Shown here piece by piece: positions 1 to 11,492 of a DNA stretch of 64,000 nucleotides (positions within the stretch are counted from its first letter, which is position 1; each line of letters begins with the position of its first letter). Where the stretch lies: positions 1,426,001 to 1,490,000 of the forward strand of contig OZ374559.1 in NCBI GenBank assembly GCA_977862235.1. The letters are read 5' to 3'. The notes under the pieces are model-generated. The model saw only the letters and a program-made list of their open reading frames with translations. It searched no databases and had not been told where the DNA came from. Made by a program: the position numbers and the translations under genes. Source of the stretch: Dudresnaya verticillata (taxonomy: Eukaryota).

Positions 1-523
1 GTTTACTGCAGTCAACCATCCGACATGGCTTATATCAGCTTTTCGGATGAGTTGCTGCGTGAACACAAACAAAACAAATCATTAAAGAAACGCCCAAAAT
101 CCCTATCATCAAATGGGCGGGAAAAAGTAAAGCAATTAAATCTACCAAATCATACTCTCAGCACACTCACATCCGCCACCAAAATGGGCGGGAACTTGCA
201 CACCAGTGTTGCTAACTGCTGACATCAGCAATCCCTCTTGCGACCGCATTTCCTGCCATCCATATGTACTCCAACTTTGGGCGGGAACTCGAAAGTATCG
301 AGTGTCCCCGCATGGCTGCTGTCGGACAACACTGCACACCACGTGGCCGCACTTACGAGCTGAAGTCCGTTCATGAATATCCAACTTGGATCATTGACCA
401 CGTAATCACCCAGATTTGCCTACGTGGCAGCTGTAAACCAACGTGTCGGCCGCACGACAACTGCATCTGCTGATATCACAAGCCAGGCTCCACGTAGCGC
501 AAGTCCCTGCAGTACCAACTCAG
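1..523 (-). repeat. Partial LTR of main Copia family (minus-element orientation), truncated at an inverted junction
   Basis: Near-identical to the LTR at 5721-6753; similarity breaks after ...AGTACCAACTCAG; carries one copy of the 41-bp unit. Confidence 0.92.
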
Positions 524-1014
524 CTGCCACGTAGGCAAATCTGGGTGATTACGTGGTCAATGATCCAAGTTGGATATTCATGGACGGACTTGAGCTGGTA
601 AGAGCGGCCACGTGGTGTGCAGCGTTGTCCGACAGCAGCCATGCGGGGACACTCGATACTTTCGAGTTCCCGCCCAAAATTGGAGTACATATGGATGGCA
701 GGAAATGCAGTCGCAAGAGGGATTGCTGATGTCAGCAGTTAGCAACACTGGTGTGCAAGTTCCCGCCCATTTTGGTGGCGGATGTGAGTGTGCTGAGAGT
801 ATGATTTGGTAGATTTGATTGTTTTACTTTTTCCCGCCCATTTGATGATAGGGATTTTGGGCGTTTCTTTAATGATTTGTTTTGTTTGTGTTCACGCAGC
901 AACTCATCCGAAAAGCTGATATAAGCCATGTCGGATGGTCGACTGCAGTAAACGAAGTCAAGCGACTTCCATTTCTCATCTTGTTCAACTTCAACCTCTC
1001 CATATTCCTTTTCA
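521..1014 (+). repeat. 3' half of a main-family Copia LTR in opposite orientation, ending TTTTCA
   Basis: Matches the distal ~490 bp of LTR 28099-29117; followed by AAAAG rather than a PBS. Confidence 0.92.
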
Positions 1015-2946
1015 AAAAGGATCAACAGGGTTGCCACAAACAGGAATGCTGTCTGCAGGGTTGCTGGCTTTTGAAGCCAGGGCATCACCTTGGACTTAGC
1101 GGATTTCTAGAAGATCAATGTTAAAGCCGGTCGGCTTTCTGTGCCTGTACAGTTCTTGCATAAAATTTTAGTAAAGTAGTACATCTGAATTAAACAGTTC
1201 CGTGCTGGAATTGAATGGCATGGCATGGGCCCACATGCATGCATATCTGCAGATACAGACCGGTCTATAGCCGCATGTGGGTAGCGCCACCTCCATGGTT
1301 GAAGAGAGGGATTGTAGCGACGGAGCCTCGTCACCACCGAGGTGGTTGCTACGAAAGCGCGTGGATTTAGAGAGGGGTCGAGATGCGACGGCAGCGGGGC
1401 GCGGGCGGGCGGCGGGTGTGAGAGCTCGTTGGTGGTGTGGGTTGAAGTCGGGCGCGGCCGCGCCGTGGGGCGGCAGTGGGGCATTGCGGAGGTCTGAGGT
1501 GGAGCTAGTATCTATACATACTATAGTTTGGGTACGATAGTACCCGTCGACGGGATGGGGCGCGTTTGTTGCGAGAGCAGCTTCTCACGACGAGCTGCTT
1601 GAATAGAAGGCGGCGATCTGCACGTTCAAGTTTACACCGCGAGAACACGCGGCAATCAGCAATCCCACACCCGCCCCCCGCTCGCCCAGAGCAGCTTCCC
1701 TCCTCGCCGCACTCCCGCCTGCACAATGCCACCCCGCTGCACTAGTGCGGGAGCTCTCGCCTGCACATTGTCGCTGCTGCAGCTCTCCTCAAAATCCCTA
1801 TCGCCGCCACCACCGCGCCCGCACTCCCACTTCGCCCCTCTCCTCACGCACCTGCGAACCGCCTGGCTACGCCCCTCCCTCTCCCCACGCTACCCTCGCG
1901 CTCCTTCCCGGCAACAACATACACCACGCAAGCCACCGCCATCCCGGTCCTGCCTTCCTGTGCACCTCCCCCTCGACCGCCCACCCCGAAACGCACCACA
2001 TCAAATCACGCCTGCTCACGCCCACCTTGTCGTGCGCGCACGCCTCCACAACCTGCGGCGTGGGCCTAGGTGAGGTGACACCTCCGTCTACCGCCACCTC
2101 ATCCCAACTCACCTCGATGCCTGGCGCGTCTCCTTTGCGCAGCTGCAGCTGCGCATGCGTGTTAGACAGTCCCGGTTCGCTTAAGCGAATTCGTCAACAA
2201 CGTTGTTGGCATACGCCGAGCGCGGCGCCGCGGCGCCATGCACACCCCCGCAAATGTCTTCCAGTATAGCGATGGCGGTTTCACAATCTTCCACCACGTC
2301 CTCGAGCGCTCCCAGACCCGCCAAACCACCCTCACATCCGTCATCGTTACCGCCCTCCTCCTCCCCGCCATAACACCAACGCGTCCTGCTCCTCACGAAA
2401 CCGCCGCCACGCGTCAGCATTCCGTCCCGCCTCAAAACGCAGCACATAGTCGAGTTGGCTTGCGTGGAAATTCCGGCGAACCACAGCACCAGTACCAGCT
2501 CGCCGAGCTCTCGAAGAGCCTGCTTGTCATGTGTCAGCCCCGCGCCGGTCTGCAGGGTCGACGAGGAAGCTAGCATTGTAGCCACAAGCATCGTGAACAC
2601 GGCACGCGTGGTGTCGGCACCCCGCACATTCCTTGTGTTTCAGCTGCATGCAGCTACCATCAAGTGCTGGGCTTTGGCGCGTTCCGTGGCGACCTTGAGG
2701 GCAATTAAACGTTTACTGAATAAATGCTGTTCCACCTCCACCCGGTACCTATCTAAAGGTACCGCAGCATTTTCGATTAGCGATAGCGGACGCAAGAATA
2801 GAACAGTGAGATACGCAATAAATATTTAGTTGTTATAGCCGAGAACAATCGCCAACTTACCAACATTCATCAGTACGGAGCTGCAGAGGCTAGAAGCGCT
2901 TCGATTCATGCATTCCGTGCGGGGAAAAGTACAATCCCCAAATTGT

Positions 2947-4267
2947 CTAAGTCGCTACCACATCAGGTCGCTCCAGGCCCATATCTTTCACGATCTCCAC
3001 CAATCGATCCCTCATTTTCGAAAGCATCGTACTTCTTGTCCTCACCCTTGTTACCCTGGCGCGCGAGCCTTGCGCTTGCGAAGTTGTAACACTTTCGCGA
3101 AACTCCTGAATGTCCTCCTTCGCTTTAACGTACCAGTCCTCCGATTGAGAAATAACACGCACAATTTCACTGTGGTTAGTAGATCGGCGGTTCGAACTGT
3201 GCTCGACCTTTTCTTCGTCAATAAAAAAGTTATGCAACTTCATAGCGAGACAGATCACTCTGCAGTCCACCTCAACGGTAAACTCCAAATGTTGCAAGAG
3301 CCTCCACTTTGCCATGAGCATGCCAAACGCCTGTTCAACATGCATTCGTAACGATGAGTGCCAGAAGTTAAATGCATCTTGCCAAAAAGAAGCCACGGAA
3401 GAGGAAAACGGAGCTATGAGCCATTATGGGCAAATGTAAGCCTCATCCCCTGCTATCCAAAATCCAAGTTGTAGAAGTCTAGACAACAAAAACTGGCCAA
3501 GTTGCGAAACAGCGTGCGCTAATGAGTCGTGTGTGCTCCCAACGCAAGTCGCGGAAAAGGAAATAAATCGAAGTTAGCATCCACAGCAGCCTGTACCAGT
3601 ATTGCATAGTACGTCTTTCTGCACCAGTACGCCCCAGGACCTAAACATTTCTCCGGCTTCCTAATGTTCACAGCTATCCCGTCCAGGGACCAACACATCC
3701 TGTGAGCGGACTTGCAGGCTTTCTAGACATCTTAAATGCTTCCGAAGCCTCACACAGATCCTCATAGCCAGATGGAATCCCCGGCAAGCGTAAACGCTTG
3801 TTTCAAATATTGCATGTCGCGTGAAAGACATCATAGACCGTTGATTTGTCCACCTGTAAAAGGGGTACCAAATCCAAGTAGCTTGAACCTGCTAGCATGC
3901 GCAGAGTGATCCCTAGCCGCATTGCAGGGCTAATAGTAGTCCTTCGAGACCTCCTTCCCATTTCGACACTTCATTGCAGATCTTGTTGCACAAGAGACAG
4001 TAGCTTGTAGAAACATTTTCTCGACATGCGGTAGGCGCTTCGAAACATGTCATCATTGTAGAAGGAAGAGATAGGCTCGAAGGTGACATTGGAACGCAAA
4101 GCATGAGGAATGGTAACGCGGCACCTGTTTGCTCTGAATGATCGTATTTCCTCCAAACGTTTGATGACTTTGACACAAATGGTCAGCACGCTGAGAGCGA
4201 CGAACGTTCTTTGCAACCGTTTGCGGCGTGCCAGCGAATAGAGCTTCAACTGATCCAAAGTTGTCAT
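2947..4267 (-). pseudogene. PIF/Harbinger-type (DDE_Tnp_4/HARBI1-like) transposase, disrupted by stops and frameshifts
   Basis: Motifs FRSAYRMSRKCFYKL, RLGITLRMLAGSSYLDL, GSTHDS, IAGDEAY, FNFWHSSLRMHVEQAFGMLMAKWRLL, AMKLHNF; in-frame stops e.g. at 3971; no convincing TIRs found. Confidence 0.85.
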
Positions 4268-4501
4268 CGAAGCAGAGCAGTAAAGATGTAAAGTTAGTGA
4301 AGGTCGCTGAAAACATTGGTGGTACTCGCCGGTTGGGATGGATGCGGCAGGGACGCAGTCGCAGTCGCCGTCGCTTCCTGTAGCTGCGCATGGTGTGTGG
4401 TATGCAGAGTGTGGGGTGTGGTGGATCCTGCAGAGATACGAGGGGCCGGGAGGATTCTGGCTGGAGATACGCGGGAAGGGGGACGCTATGCGGCAGAGGC
4501 A

Positions 4502-4608
4502 TCGATCTCCGGTTTTGTTCCGGACCGGCGGCGGGGGGACGTAGGGAAAGCTGGCGTCGATCTCCGGTTTTGTTCCGGACCGGCGGCGGGGGGAGGTCGG
4601 GAAAGCTG
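4502..4608. repeat. ~56-bp tandem duplication upstream of the Harbinger transposase
   Basis: TCGATCTCCGGTTTTGTTCCGGACCGGCGGCGGGGGGA...GGGAAAGCTG present twice. Confidence 0.85.
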
Positions 4609-4856
4609 CATGAAGAAAATCCAATCTGGAAGAAAACCAATCTGGATCAGCATTACGGGAGGCTTTTCGAGACCAGCTCCATTACAGTAGAGCGGCGTCG
4701 TGGCTCGAGTCAGTTTCTTGAAGAACTCAATAAAGGGAGAGGTGTTACGGTGAAATCTTGTGTTGTTCCGACAGGCCCTCATTCCTATCTAAGGACATAT
4801 CATAACTGCATTGTACAGTATTAGTTAAGTATTAGCATTAGAGCTCTAACTGAGCT

Positions 4857-5705
4857 AGTAGCACCTTTTCGGCTCTCGTCGTATTTATGGGGCCCCTGAG
4901 TAGCAGGGGCACGGCACTAAACCGCCAGCGGTCTGTGCCTTGGGTTTTCCCCTTTTGGAGACTTACGGTGCTACCGCTACAAACCCCCTTGGGCGTTTAC
5001 AAGCCCCGTCGTCTAAGACGAACTGCTCTAGACGGCTGGGTTCGCCTCCCCTTTTCTACTCTTCTTCGGGCTTTAAGCCCTATCAAATCTCTACCAAACC
5101 CCTTTACCGAGCTACCATCTACGCAGTGGAGTATCTTCTAAGACAGCTCTCTTGTTGTGTTGTTGTCCTCGTTGACTTAGAAGTCATTGTACTACAGGTG
5201 CATCCGCCACCAAGTCCCCTAACTGGAACGCATTCCCCTATTTACATTTTACTGACTGTATTCATTTTCGTAACTATAATCACAGACTAACTTAGACCCC
5301 CTTTCGGGCTGATAGACTTTTCGGCTGTTAAGCCCTACTTATGGGCGCTGGAATAGCCGGCGCCCTCAGAATAAACGCCCAGCGGAGTTGTTCGGAAAGT
5401 GTTCACCTTTTGGTCGTTCCACAGTTCGGACGCTCCGCGCCTGCAGAGGTCGCCCAGTACAGGCCCGGAAATCGTACGATAAGTAAGTACTCTACGAAAT
5501 ACCGGGTCGCAACCTCTATATTTTCCCTCAGTCGGTCGCGCCGATTCTTTACCGTGCTTCCGCAACCCCCCTTTCGGGCCGTCAGGTCACGCCCCCTTTC
5601 CAGCCTCTACCCAACCTCCTTCGAGCTACCACCCATTAGCGTGTGATACCGGACAGCTGTCTCTTTCTGTTCTTTGCTGTTCCTGGCCGGTGCCATACTG
5701 CTACA
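4857..5705. repeat. Possible solo LTR of a Gypsy-related family
   Basis: Ends (A)GTAGCA...TGCTACA; contains the GGGCGTTTACA motif shared with the other Gypsy LTRs here; repeated CCCCTTTCGGG; no TSD found. Confidence 0.35.
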
Positions 5706-6747
5706 CTAATTGTGGTATATTGAAAAGGAATATGGAGAGGTTGGAGTTGAACAAGATGAGAAATGGAAGTCGCTTGACTTCGTTTACTGCAGTCGACAAT
5801 CCGACATGGCTTATATCAGCTTTTCGGATGAGTTGCTGCGTGAACACAAACAAAACAAATCATTAAAGATACGCCCAAAATCCCTATTATCAAATGGGCG
5901 GGAAAAAGTAAAGCAATTAAATCTACCAAATCATACTCTCAGCACACTCACATCCGCCACCAAAATGGGCGGGAACTTGCACACCAGTGTTGCTAACTGC
6001 TGACATCAGCAATCCCTCTTGCGACCGCATTTCCTGCCATCCATATGTACTCCAACTTTGGGCGGGAACGTGAAAGTATCGAGTGTCCCCGCATAGCTGC
6101 TGTCGGACAACGCTGCACACCACGTGGCCGCACTTACCAGCTCAAGTCCGTCCATGAATATCCAACTTGGATCATTGGCCACGTAATCACCCAGATTTGC
6201 CTACGTGGCAGCTGTAAACCAACGTGTCGGCCGCACGACAGCTACGTGGCAACTGTAAACCAACGTGTCGGCCGCACGACACCTACGTGCCAACTGTAAA
6301 CCAACGTGTCGGCCGCACGACAACTGCATCTGCTGATATCACAAGCCAGGCTCCACGTAGCGCAAGTCCCTGCAGTACCAACTCAGACGCCATCAGCACA
6401 TTGCATGGCACGTTCATATGTACTTGTGGAGTACAGTGCGCGTCATACCAGTACCATTCCATGCCATACCACGTGCATCCATGCGGTCCAATCAGATCGT
6501 TCCACTTGGCCGTTCCTGTTATAACCTCCAATTCCAGCACAACACTTGTAAGCCATATAGACCATGGAGGCGGTTTGTAACAACCAATCAGAAGCCCGTT
6601 TCACGTTGCTTTTGCAAAAGGCCTAAATGCGCCGTGATTTTGGCAGCCCGGAAAAAGCGCTGTCGTCTCCGGAAGGTTTGGTGAAAGCGTGCCAGGGTAC
6701 CATCTGGGGTACCTGACCCGTGACGTGAGGCGCCAGCGACCATGTCC

Positions 6748-9700
6748 TCAACACTCCTCCTCGATGGCTCCTCCAAGTCCAACCCTTGGTAGAATCCTAT
6801 TGAGCAAAGTGGGCCCGAGTGGCTTTGTCAGCAAGTCCGCGTCGTTGTGTTCTGACGGCACATACACAACTTCCAGAACAGAGTCGGCGACAAGTTCGCG
6901 AATGAAGTGTACACGAACGTCGATGTGCTTGGCACGACCAGACGGACAGCGTTCTCCAGTAGCCCAATTGATGGCAGACTGGTTGTCTGATCTCAATGGA
7001 ACCGGGCCTTCGACGTTCAAGTCGGCCTCCTTCAGCACTCGCGTGACCCAAACCGTCTCTTTCGCAGCCAGAGTCATTGCATAGTACTCCGACTCGCAAG
7101 TTGAGAGAGCAACAGTTGACTGCTTCTTGGATCCCCAAATACACACTGCATCTCCCAGTTTCACCATGTAACCAGACATAGATTTTCGGTCTGTGGTGTC
7201 ACCGGCATAGTCAGCGTCCACATAAGCTTGGATACGAGTGGTTCCGGACTGGTACGTAACTCCATGCTTGTGAGTGCCTCGAAGATATCGCAGAACCCTC
7301 TTTGCACCACGGTGACAGTACGCAGTTGGAGCCTTCTGGAACCGTGCGAGGATAAGCACAGAGGCCAAAATGTCCAGCCTTGTGCGAAGCCCCAAGTACA
7401 GAAGTGACCCGATCATCTGCTGGTACGTCTCAACCGACACGACGGCCTTGTCCTCTTCGGCGGCAAGTCCAGTGAAGAAAGACTCAACCATTGGCGTACA
7501 AGCCGGCTTAGAGTTCTGAAGTCCAAATCGACGAAGAACACTTTCCGTGTAGACCTGTTGAGTCATCTTGAGGGACACAAATCTGCCATCAGAGTCTAGC
7601 TTCCATCCAAGCTCGACTCCGAGGAAGAGGTCAACCCCTTCAGACAGCCGTAGATCGTAGAGGCCCTGCAGCTCCTTAACAATGGCGTCTCTCTCCGCCT
7701 TTGTGGGCGCGAGGATGAGCAAGTCATCAACGTACACCAAGATGTATGCGTATCCAGAAGACTTGGATTTGCGACGAAACACGCAAGGTGCACTTGGCAA
7801 TTCCTCAAACATCATCCCAGCAAGGTCACCACACAGCTTGGTGTGCCAAGCTAGGTGAGCCTGTTTTAGCCCATACATAGCTTTCAGAAGTTTGTAACAG
7901 AGAGATTCCCTTCCAGGAATCCCACGCGGTGACATTACCCACACGTGTTCTGCCAGATCACCATTCAGGAAAGCCGTCTTCACGTCTAGCTGTGCAACAA
8001 ACAGGTTCAAACACAGTACCAAGTATAGGAACATGCGCACCAGCGAGAACGACACAACTGGGGCGTATGTTTCCATGTAGTCTTCACCATACGTCTGGAA
8101 GTTTCCACCAGCGACGACCCGCGCTTTGAAGCGCTCGACAGTCCCGTCGGACTTGCGTTTAACTTTCAGCACGGCGTGCGTTGGAAGCGGCTGTGCATCG
8201 GGACTGTCATCACGGACCCAAGTGCCTTTGGATTCCAAGGATGCGAACTCATCATCAATGGCAGATTGCCACAACCCGCGCTCCTCCGGAGTGGCAGACA
8301 TGGCCTCTCGAAGAGTGGGCTCATCTCCCGTTGTGAGGGCAACCTGTTGTTCAGCTTGTGCAGAGCTTGCCATAAACCATTTCGACGTCTGGCGACGTTG
8401 GCGACGAGGATATCGACTCTGTTGCTGGCGTTCTGGATCTGAACTCACACCAGCCGGAGGACTGTCAGAGACGTTTTCTTCCTCAGCCGTGTCATCAGAT
8501 TCGAATGAGCTGGGTTCTGATGGAGGTAGTGGAGGTGAAGAAGGTGTGTCAACTTCAATCGCATCCTCTTCATCCTCAAAGTTACCCAGCGACACATCGT
8601 CATCAGAGTCCGAGTTGAAAATAGAGGCCTCTGAGTTAGAGTCGTAATCTTCATCCGAATCTGCCTCGTCCTGCCCATATTCCAACAGGCTTGGAGCACC
8701 CGGGAATTTGGACTCGTCGAATGTGACATGCCGCGACTCAACCACACGAGGTATACCGTCACCGCCAGTGACCAATATCCTGTAGATCCCATGCTCTAGA
8801 GTCTCCAAGTGCACCCCCTCAAGTGCACGAGACTCGAACTTGGATCCGCGTGGGAGCCTTAGGACATATGCAGCACATCCAAACACTCTTAAATGTTTTA
8901 AATCAGGAACATCACCTGTCATGACCGAGTATGGCGTAGCCCCAACGGTTGAGTGTGGTACCCGATTGCGCACGTAGTTGACATGCTTCAGTGCAAACGG
9001 CCACAAACATCCCGGTAGATCAGCCTGGATCAGCAAAGTCAGGGCAGCTTCCACCATGGTTCGGTTCACCCTTTCCGCGATTCCATTGAGCTCCGGAGTA
9101 TAAGGTGGGGAGAAGGATTTGCCACTGTCTCCAACTCCTCCCAAATCTTTCTGCAAAGCCAAATACTCCTGAGCCCCGTCTGAGTGGAGTTTTGTTATTT
9201 CCGCTCCTCCAAGCTCGATAAACTTTGCTGAAGCTTGATCAAATGCTGCACTCAACATACGGCGACTTCTCATACATGCGACGACCAAGAAACGGGATTT
9301 ATCATCCAGAAACGTCGTGGCATACCGGAAACGATCGGGAAAGGAGATCTGGATTGGACCAACAATGTCGGAATGCACGAGATCACCGACAGCTTTGGCC
9401 GGGCGGAAGTGCCCTGGGAATGATTGTTTGTGTGCTTTCCCAAGTCTACAAGCCCGACACACTTCATGAGTGGAGCCCAACCCCGGAACACCCTCAACAT
9501 GCTCGTGCACTTTGGCCAAGTCCCGAAAATTAATGTGGGCAAGACGTCGATGCCAGAGCTCAGTAGTTTGCTGCGTGCTGGGGACAGCCAGTACTTGCTC
9601 CTCCGAAGTGTGCAGCTCGGGTTCTGGTAGCATGTACATTCCAGAACTCGCATCGCGAACACCGGATCCAATATAGTACCCATCAGAGTCGAGTATCAAG

Positions 9701-11067
9701 CGCACGTCCAAGCGGCGAAAGTGGGATTCAATTCCTTTATCTGCCAAACGCCCAGTAGAGACAAGATTGTATCCCATCTGCGGGATGAAGAGGGCCTTCT
9801 TGAGCCGAATATTGGCATGGTCAAACGGCAGAATCACATCTCCACATAGGTCTGAGGTGACAGACGACTTGTCCGCAAGCACTACAGTACGCTTTTCGCA
9901 GCGCGATACTGAGCTCGGTACAAAAGAAGTCATTGAGTGGAAGCAATGCACAGTTGCCCCACTGTCGGCATATGTTCCTTGGTCGTTCGGAGGAACAACA
10001 GTAGTCATCTCAACCGATGCACCGGCGATTTCTACCTTTGCAGATTTACCATTGTTCTTACCAGATGCAGCTACCGCCGAGTTGGCGTTGCCCTTTTTGC
10101 CCTGGTTGGTGAACATCTGTCGCACCTTTGGAGGAAGCTTGTTGTTAGGATTTTCCGGATTGAGATAGCATCGATCCGCGGTGTGTCCATCCTTGTCGCA
10201 AACATCACAGTGAAGGTGCCGGTTCGGGGTGGAGTGAGCCTGCTTGGCGGACTTGAGTGCAACCGCCAACGCACGGACGGTGGATTCAATATCAGAAGAG
10301 TCATCGGAGTCGTCGTTGTCATCCAGCGGGTTGTGTTGCTGGCGAGAACCTGACGACGCGGACTTCTTTTTCTTCTTCCGACGACTCTTCGACTTACTGG
10401 ATCTCCCACCTGCGTTTCCCTGAGAATCTTTGGCGTTGTACTCATCGATCAGCGTGGTTGCGACGTAGTCCCAAGTCAGCTCAGCAGCATCTTTGGTGCG
10501 AAGAGCGGCAGCTGTTGACTCCAGGTGGCAGGACGGATCAATGGAAGCAAGCAGCATAGGTGCCTTATGCGTCTCCGGTATCGCCGAGTCGTTGCCCATG
10601 CGGTCGAGTTGGGCGAACAGTGACGTGTACTGGTCGACATAGTTGGACATATTCTGACCGGTGTACGTCATACGGAATAGCTTGGTCTGTACGGCGATAC
10701 GGGATACGGTTCGACTAGACGCATAGCGCGAGTCCAATAGCTCCAGCATGCGTTTGGGGTCATCATCAACCTCCATAACGACACGAAGCGGAGCATCACC
10801 AAGTGCGGAGATAATGATCCCGCAAGCCTTCTCACGTTTGGCCAAGGTTCTGGCGTGAAGAATGGAAGTATCCGCTGAGGCCTCTCCAGTTGACTGTGAG
10901 CTGCTCGGTGTGTCGTTTGAGGTGTGGAACACATTCCAAACCCCTTTGATGCGGCATGCGGCACGAAGGCGATGACGCCAGAGACCGTAGTCGTCACCTC
11001 TCCTGCCGTGGAAACGGGGTATCTTGACCCCGCTCGACGTATCCATCTCGGCTTCGGTATCAGTCAT
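6748..11067 (-). CDS. gag-pol: Copia gag-pol polyprotein (1439 aa): Gag, CCHC knuckle, protease, integrase, RT, RNase H
   Basis: CDVCDKDGHTADRC; YADSGAT; LWHRRLAH..CRAC; HSDIVGP/HSDGAQEY/AERVNRT; YVDD; DADYAG..ESEY..DNQSA..ADLLTK; integrase precedes RT (Copia order). Confidence 0.97.
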   Translation of the reverse strand: MTDTEAEMDTSSGVKIPRFHGRRGDDYGLWRHRLRAACRIKGVWNVFHTSNDTPSSSQSTGEASADTSILHARTLAKREKACGIIISALGDAPLRVVMEVDDDPKRMLELLDSRYASSRTVSRIAVQTKLFRMTYTGQNMSNYVDQYTSLFAQLDRMGNDSAIPETHKAPMLLASIDPSCHLESTAAALRTKDAAELTWDYVATTLIDEYNAKDSQGNAGGRSSKSKSRRKKKKKSASSGSRQQHNPLDDNDDSDDSSDIESTVRALAVALKSAKQAHSTPNRHLHCDVCDKDGHTADRCYLNPENPNNKLPPKVRQMFTNQGKKGNANSAVAASGKNNGKSAKVEIAGASVEMTTVVPPNDQGTYADSGATVHCFHSMTSFVPSSVSRCEKRTVVLADKSSVTSDLCGDVILPFDHANIRLKKALFIPQMGYNLVSTGRLADKGIESHFRRLDVRLILDSDGYYIGSGVRDASSGMYMLPEPELHTSEEQVLAVPSTQQTTELWHRRLAHINFRDLAKVHEHVEGVPGLGSTHEVCRACRLGKAHKQSFPGHFRPAKAVGDLVHSDIVGPIQISFPDRFRYATTFLDDKSRFLVVACMRSRRMLSAAFDQASAKFIELGGAEITKLHSDGAQEYLALQKDLGGVGDSGKSFSPPYTPELNGIAERVNRTMVEAALTLLIQADLPGCLWPFALKHVNYVRNRVPHSTVGATPYSVMTGDVPDLKHLRVFGCAAYVLRLPRGSKFESRALEGVHLETLEHGIYRILVTGGDGIPRVVESRHVTFDESKFPGAPSLLEYGQDEADSDEDYDSNSEASIFNSDSDDDVSLGNFEDEEDAIEVDTPSSPPLPPSEPSSFESDDTAEEENVSDSPPAGVSSDPERQQQSRYPRRQRRQTSKWFMASSAQAEQQVALTTGDEPTLREAMSATPEERGLWQSAIDDEFASLESKGTWVRDDSPDAQPLPTHAVLKVKRKSDGTVERFKARVVAGGNFQTYGEDYMETYAPVVSFSLVRMFLYLVLCLNLFVAQLDVKTAFLNGDLAEHVWVMSPRGIPGRESLCYKLLKAMYGLKQAHLAWHTKLCGDLAGMMFEELPSAPCVFRRKSKSSGYAYILVYVDDLLILAPTKAERDAIVKELQGLYDLRLSEGVDLFLGVELGWKLDSDGRFVSLKMTQQVYTESVLRRFGLQNSKPACTPMVESFFTGLAAEEDKAVVSVETYQQMIGSLLYLGLRTRLDILASVLILARFQKAPTAYCHRGAKRVLRYLRGTHKHGVTYQSGTTRIQAYVDADYAGDTTDRKSMSGYMVKLGDAVCIWGSKKQSTVALSTCESEYYAMTLAAKETVWVTRVLKEADLNVEGPVPLRSDNQSAINWATGERCPSGRAKHIDVRVHFIRELVADSVLEVVYVPSEHNDADLLTKPLGPTLLNRILPRVGLGGAIEEEC

Positions 11068-11492
11068 AGCTGTTGGGACTGATGGTGAGAAGAGATGACT
11101 TGAATAGTTTTAGAAAACTTGGGGAACTTGGGGCAGTGCTGTTAGTGCAACAGTGTCGATGCCCAGAGGGTAATAGTCGTGTTAAGCAGAGCAGTGCAGC
11201 TCACACAACGAAGACGTGACGACGAAACTGAGAAATGTGTCGAACACGTCGGTAATATAATACAGTCACAAGCGGAGCACACTTTGCCAAGTAGCTCCCA
11301 CGCTTGGAGTAATGAAACTCTCAGGTGATGATGGGATCACCTGGACTGAAGAAGAAAAGTTGAAACTTGAAGTTGAAAAGTTGATTCTTGATAGTTGAAC
11401 GTCTTTTTGACGCGGGATGTTCTGGCACCAGGTTCTACCTAGTCACCCCTAGGAGTCGGACTCCTGGCCCCCGGATATGATTCTCCGGGTGA

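Noticed and set aside
1726..2829. GC-rich ORFs as the Harbinger Myb/SANT partner gene
   Set aside because: No Trp-spaced Myb/trihelix motif recognisable; ORFs are open in several frames because of GC content
2696..4781. TGAGGGC/GCCCTCA as Harbinger TIRs
   Set aside because: Only 7 bp of inverted match, which does not extend; expected by chance
6200..6335. 41-bp repeats as a CRISPR array
   Set aside because: Head-to-tail units without unique spacers, inside LTRs, with no cas genes, in a eukaryotic TE context
6797..10997. Numerous short ORFs overlapping gag-pol, repeated in each copy
   Set aside because: Shadow frames of a long ORF; recurrence simply reflects near-identical copies
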